From NCBI RefSeq assembly GCF_009914755.1, contig NC_060935.1: DNA of 64,000 nt; one strand, 5' to 3'. Both the position numbers and the translations under genes were made by a program. The notes under the pieces were generated by a model, which was not told the origin of the DNA, searched no databases, and was given only the letters and a program-made list of their open reading frames with translations. This DNA comes from the human T2T-CHM13v2.0 reference genome, Homo sapiens. The stretch's first letter is position 1, and the number at the start of each line of letters is the position of its first letter. Below, one piece after another: positions 59,061 through 64,000 of the stretch.

Positions 59061-59957
59061 ACACGCAAAAAGGAACAAAGAAAAGACATCATTTAATTTC
59101 AGAGAGATGGGCTGTGGATGATGAAAAGCAAATGAGGGTGCCTGCTCCCACCTGGCTGCTGGCCTTTTTCTGGCAGCTCTGTGGGTGAACTGGGAGGCAT
59201 GAGGCTGGCTGTTGAGGTCAGAGGGGACTGCATGCACCAGGTGGCCCAGCCTCACCTAGCTGCCTCTCTGATGGCCTCCCTGAACTGATGCTGTGGATTC
59301 ATTCGCAGGTGCTCAAGGGCACACCCTGAAATCCATGAACCCACCAGAGTTGAGAATGGGAAAAGATGAGATACTGCAAACACAAGGTAGTTCCTGTGCC
59401 TTGTTTCTAAGCTTTAGCTCTTTAAAAAATGTTCTTGAGACTGGAAGTGGATTCTGAAGCAGAGGCTAGCTATAGTTCAGGAGGCAGGCTGGAATTTGTC
59501 ATTTGTACAGTAAGGTAGCAGAAAGTTTTCTTGCGAGAGATTGAGAGAGAGAGAGAAGTTCTTGCTTCCTTAAAAGAAAGGAGACCCCCCCACCCCTTCC
59601 CTACCTCAATATCTTGCAGACACGTACTGATTTCTTCTGAGGGCTTAAAAGGTGCTGTGTTTACCTCCCCTCTGCTCTTACGTCCATTCACAGGAAGTCA
59701 ACGGGAGGGTTGGTGTGGAATTTTCTTCTCACTGTGCAGTGATACATTGAGATGGATTATGGGCTTATTTTTGGCTCCCTGGAATGTTTTCCTTTCATTT
59801 TGTTTCTTCTGGAAGCAAATCCTGCTTTCCTGGGCACAGGGATACTATATGATTCAGGACTGTCCATTCATAACATCCTATCCTTGGGAACAGGGGCACC
59901 ACGTGGCACAACTCTAGTAACTCCAAATGATTTCACTGACATGCACGTCAATGTGAA

Positions 59958-59976
59958 TGGCGCCCCCTGGTGTGGC
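59958..59976 (-). promoter_or_regulatory. CTCF core motif
   Basis: The - strand reads GCCACACCAGGGGGCGCCA, a 13/14 match to CCASYAGRKGGCRS. Confidence 0.6.
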
Positions 59977-59999
59977 ATGATAGGACAGCCCTGCCTTGG

Positions 60000-60355
60000 A
60001 AATGGAGCGGTGGGAGTACGTCGCAGGAAAAGAAGCAGAACAACCAGACTCTATTTCTAGAATTAACTTAGGAAGGTTGGGAGACAAAAATCTCTTTCCA
60101 CTAGGGTTGCTAAACAGGGATGCAGAGAAATGAGTTTGGTTGTCACCTTCCTATCCCACAAGATTGTTGTGGGAGAGAATTATGCCATCATACCCAGCAG
60201 GAAACAGACACTGAAGACCGTGAGAGAAAAAGCTCTGATGACATAGGTTGAGCCCCTGGATCCACTGAGCCTGAAGTGAGAGCCATTTTTGGATTTTTAA
60301 ATTCTATGAGTCTATTAAGCTTACGATTTTCCTTAAGCAAGTTCAAGTTAAAGTA
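60000..60355 (+). mobile_element. Old MaLR LTR (MLT1K-like)
   Basis: ttgagcccctggatccactgagcctgaag...ttccttaagcaagttcaagtt. Confidence 0.5.
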
Positions 60356-60363
60356 CTGACTAA

Positions 60364-60676
<313 letters not shown>

Positions 60677-61412
60677 AATAGACAAGTGGATATTTGTATG
60701 CAACTTGGTGGGATGCAGACATTCAGGGAATTTAAAAAACCTCAACAACTCAACAGCACATCCATACATGCCAACTATCCCACAGATAAGACACTTCTCA
60801 TTTTATCATTTTGAGCAGACTGTTCATTTAGATTTTGTTGGCTGCAGAGAAGAGGTTTAATATAGGCATGATATTCATCATAAACAGAGTAAAGTGAAAT
60901 GCTAGCACTATTTGAAAGTATGATGTCAATTAATAATAACAATATAAGAAAATCTGTATAATATTTTACGTCTTTGTTTTCAGAAAAAGATTTCCATTTC
61001 TAAATTTATCTCACATTTTACATGCATGATCATGTATAAATATGTATTATTTGGTGAAAATGTCATTACCTGATTAAACAGGTTCTGTAATTTTCTGGCT
61101 CCATTTAATTTATCTCATGGCTTTTATTTTCTTTTTTTAAATGATTGATGTGTTGAGAATCACTTCAAGCATTTTGTTGTCATTTTAATTTCTTTTCCTT
61201 GAATTATCTGTCATGCTTTGTCCACCACTCTTAGATTAACTTATAAAGCATATTAACAATTTTCCCCTAATCTATTTTGTAAATATTTTCTTCTAAAATT
61301 TCACTTACCTTCATGTAAACTTCTTTGTTTTGCTATCAAGAATGCCATTCTTATTTTCCACTGATTCTTCTAATTGCAACATGGTATACCTCATTATAAA
61401 GCAATCGAATGA

Positions 61413-61915
<503 letters not shown>

Positions 61916-62569
61916 TTTTCTGTTACTCTATTTTGCCCTCAGCTTAACGCTGGAAAACAGTTTCATATTAAGCTTGAGAGAGAGAGGAGATAAGACAGAG
62001 GAAAAAAGTCGAATGGCTGATCTGCTTGTCTGGACGTGGAATGAGAGTCAGGAAACTCTGATCTCAGGACCAGACTCCTTACTGACTATGGGATTTGGTA
62101 AATCATCATACCCTTCATCCTGGAAACAGAACTGACATCCTAACGCAGAGGCTGGGGTATGCATTTGGTGTTAGAAGGGCTGAGCTTGAGATATGGTTTC
62201 ACTGCCAAGTGACACCATGAGGTCACAAATTTCCCTTCTATGGCTCCACTGTCCAGTGACTTTTACTTGTTGCTCTTTTACTTTTCTGTGGTTTAATATT
62301 CTACTTCCCAATTCAGATATTGAGAGAAAGTGTTAAATGGCTTTTGCTTGGTCTAGTCCTTTCCCTTTGATGCTATAATGCAAACAGCTTTATGGGCTCT
62401 CTGCTGGGTGCTGGGGAATGTTCTGGGCTGCCATCTGGAGGGCAACTGTTGAGGTGCACCTGGTCCCTCTGACTTGGGTGAAGAGGTGGAAGGTGACATA
62501 CTGCCACCTAGTGTCCAAGTGTCCATAATGCCTAGGGACATTACAAGTCTTGATTAGTAACATACTATC

Positions 62570-62750
62570 CTGTAGTCTCCGAATAACTACGTGAGCTAGG
62601 CAGTGGTTACTGTGATATGAGTTTTGTGATTCTTATTTTACAGATGAGCGAATGGGTCCTAAAAGCCACATAGTCAGTGGAAGAGCTGATCCTGGAAACT
62701 GGCCCCACTGACTTCATCGTATCATGGTTTAGGTCCTGCAGTATGTGGCT
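62570..62750 (-). mobile_element. MIR fragment
   Basis: cttattttacagatgagcgaatggg...gccacatagtcagtggaagagctg. Confidence 0.55.
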
Positions 62751-63874
62751 GCCTGCTGTGCAAATGCATCAGATGCATACCCAGCTACGTACCTAATTGT
62801 TGAGGTGCCTCAAGTTGTGTGTGTGTGTGGAGGAGGGGGATAATGGGAAACAGTGGATGACTGAAGGCTGAATCTGCAGTTATAAAATGAAAGAAAATAA
62901 TGAATATAATAAACGAAATTGGGATTATGGTATTTAAACATCTCATCAATCAGTCATCAAATGTTCAGCCTAGATCAGTAGAATTCCTGGATGCTTCAGT
63001 GAGATAGGTATTCAAGACCACTTCAGTGTGAATAGTCTAAACAATAATGCCAATGGCTTCCAAACGTCTACAGTGGTAGTTGCTGCTTTTGGGGTCTCAT
63101 TTCCCCATTAGCACTGGACTGTGAAACAATGGCTTACATCTGTAAAGGGATCAATGCCTCTATTCAGAAATCACAGGAGCTCAACGCAGGAATAAAAAGT
63201 GATCTTTATTCCCAAGTGTCAACTCTAATTGATTGGCAGTGGCTTTTTGGAGAACTGGACTGCACTGAAAAGGACTTGAAGGGGTTTGGAGTAGGGAAAT
63301 ATGCCATTAACTGGTTAGTGATGTTTGCCAGAAGGACTAGGTTATGGAGTTTATTAGGGCAGGACTGGCTTATGCCTGTTGTATTTCCTGGTCTGTTCCA
63401 ATACCTAGAATGGTGCCCAGCACATGGCACATAAATATTTGTGAAAGGAATGAGCATTGGAGGAGAGGAAATGATGCTATGAAAGCTAAGCGTTTGCCAT
63501 CCCTGGTAGAGATCAGGGAAGAATGAGAAATCCTAGGAAGCCCTGCAGAATAGTCTTTTTAGGTGTTGGGTCTACTTCTTATCTCCAGCAAGTTGCTCCT
63601 AGATCCCTACCTTGTCCTTCCAAGCCAAGGGAGGAGCAGCAGCTGGAGGTGATATTACAAAGTGCCTTAAGGTACTCCTCACGTAAATCTGGTGCTTTGA
63701 ATATTGATGCTGCAATTGTTTTGCTACTCCTTGCTTGCAAGCTCCCTGGTTCCTTGTTCTCTCTTTGCATTTTGGATTCCTCCAATCTCTCTGGCTCTTT
63801 AATATGACACTCCCTTTACTCTTACCTGATTACCCTGTTCCAGCCCACAGTGAGGCCTGACCACACTACTAGAA

Positions 63875-64000
63875 ATAATAACAGCCATTTATTTAACAAA
63901 TGTTTACTATGATCCAGGCGTTATACTTTATATATCATATGTCATTTAATCCTCACAAGTGCCTAACGGGATAATGACTTATTATTTGCTGATGAAGAAG
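63875..64000 (-). mobile_element. MIR fragment (runs off the window)
   Basis: aataataacagccatttatttaacaaatgtttactatgatccaggc...gtcatttaatcctcacaa. Confidence 0.7.

Overview
This is primate (human or great-ape-like) non-coding genomic DNA, intronic or intergenic, and dominated by interspersed repeats: Alu (J, S and Y types), L1 (PA, PB and M types), L2, MIR, ERV/MaLR solo LTRs, hAT-Charlie elements and a MADE1 MITE. I recognise no host protein-coding exon, tRNA, rRNA or CRISPR array. The only real coding remnants are the broken ORF1/ORF2 of an L1PB (45.9-51.0 kb) and an ORF1 remnant of an older L1. The other listed ORFs come from repeats or are chance ORFs. I cannot name the locus, and repeat subfamily names are from memory of consensus sequences, with approximate boundaries. 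The most notable observations are: (1) an old inverted duplication (43.0 kb vs 53.6 kb) whose identity drops sharply inside an MLT1 LTR; (2) two convergent L1s with intact 5' ends and missing 3' ends, one with a clean 16-bp target-site duplication (TSD) and no poly(A); (3) recursive-splice-like YAG|GT motifs, one buried in a 14-bp hairpin, plus well-formed candidate + strand exons that suggest a spliced lncRNA; (4) two twin-primed L1s, one whose target site was reused by an AluY; (5) a chimeric Alu inside one TSD; (6) candidate regulatory sites (CTCF, a nuclear-receptor DR0, a TCF/E-box/Meis cluster). From sequence alone I cannot show a new biological system here.
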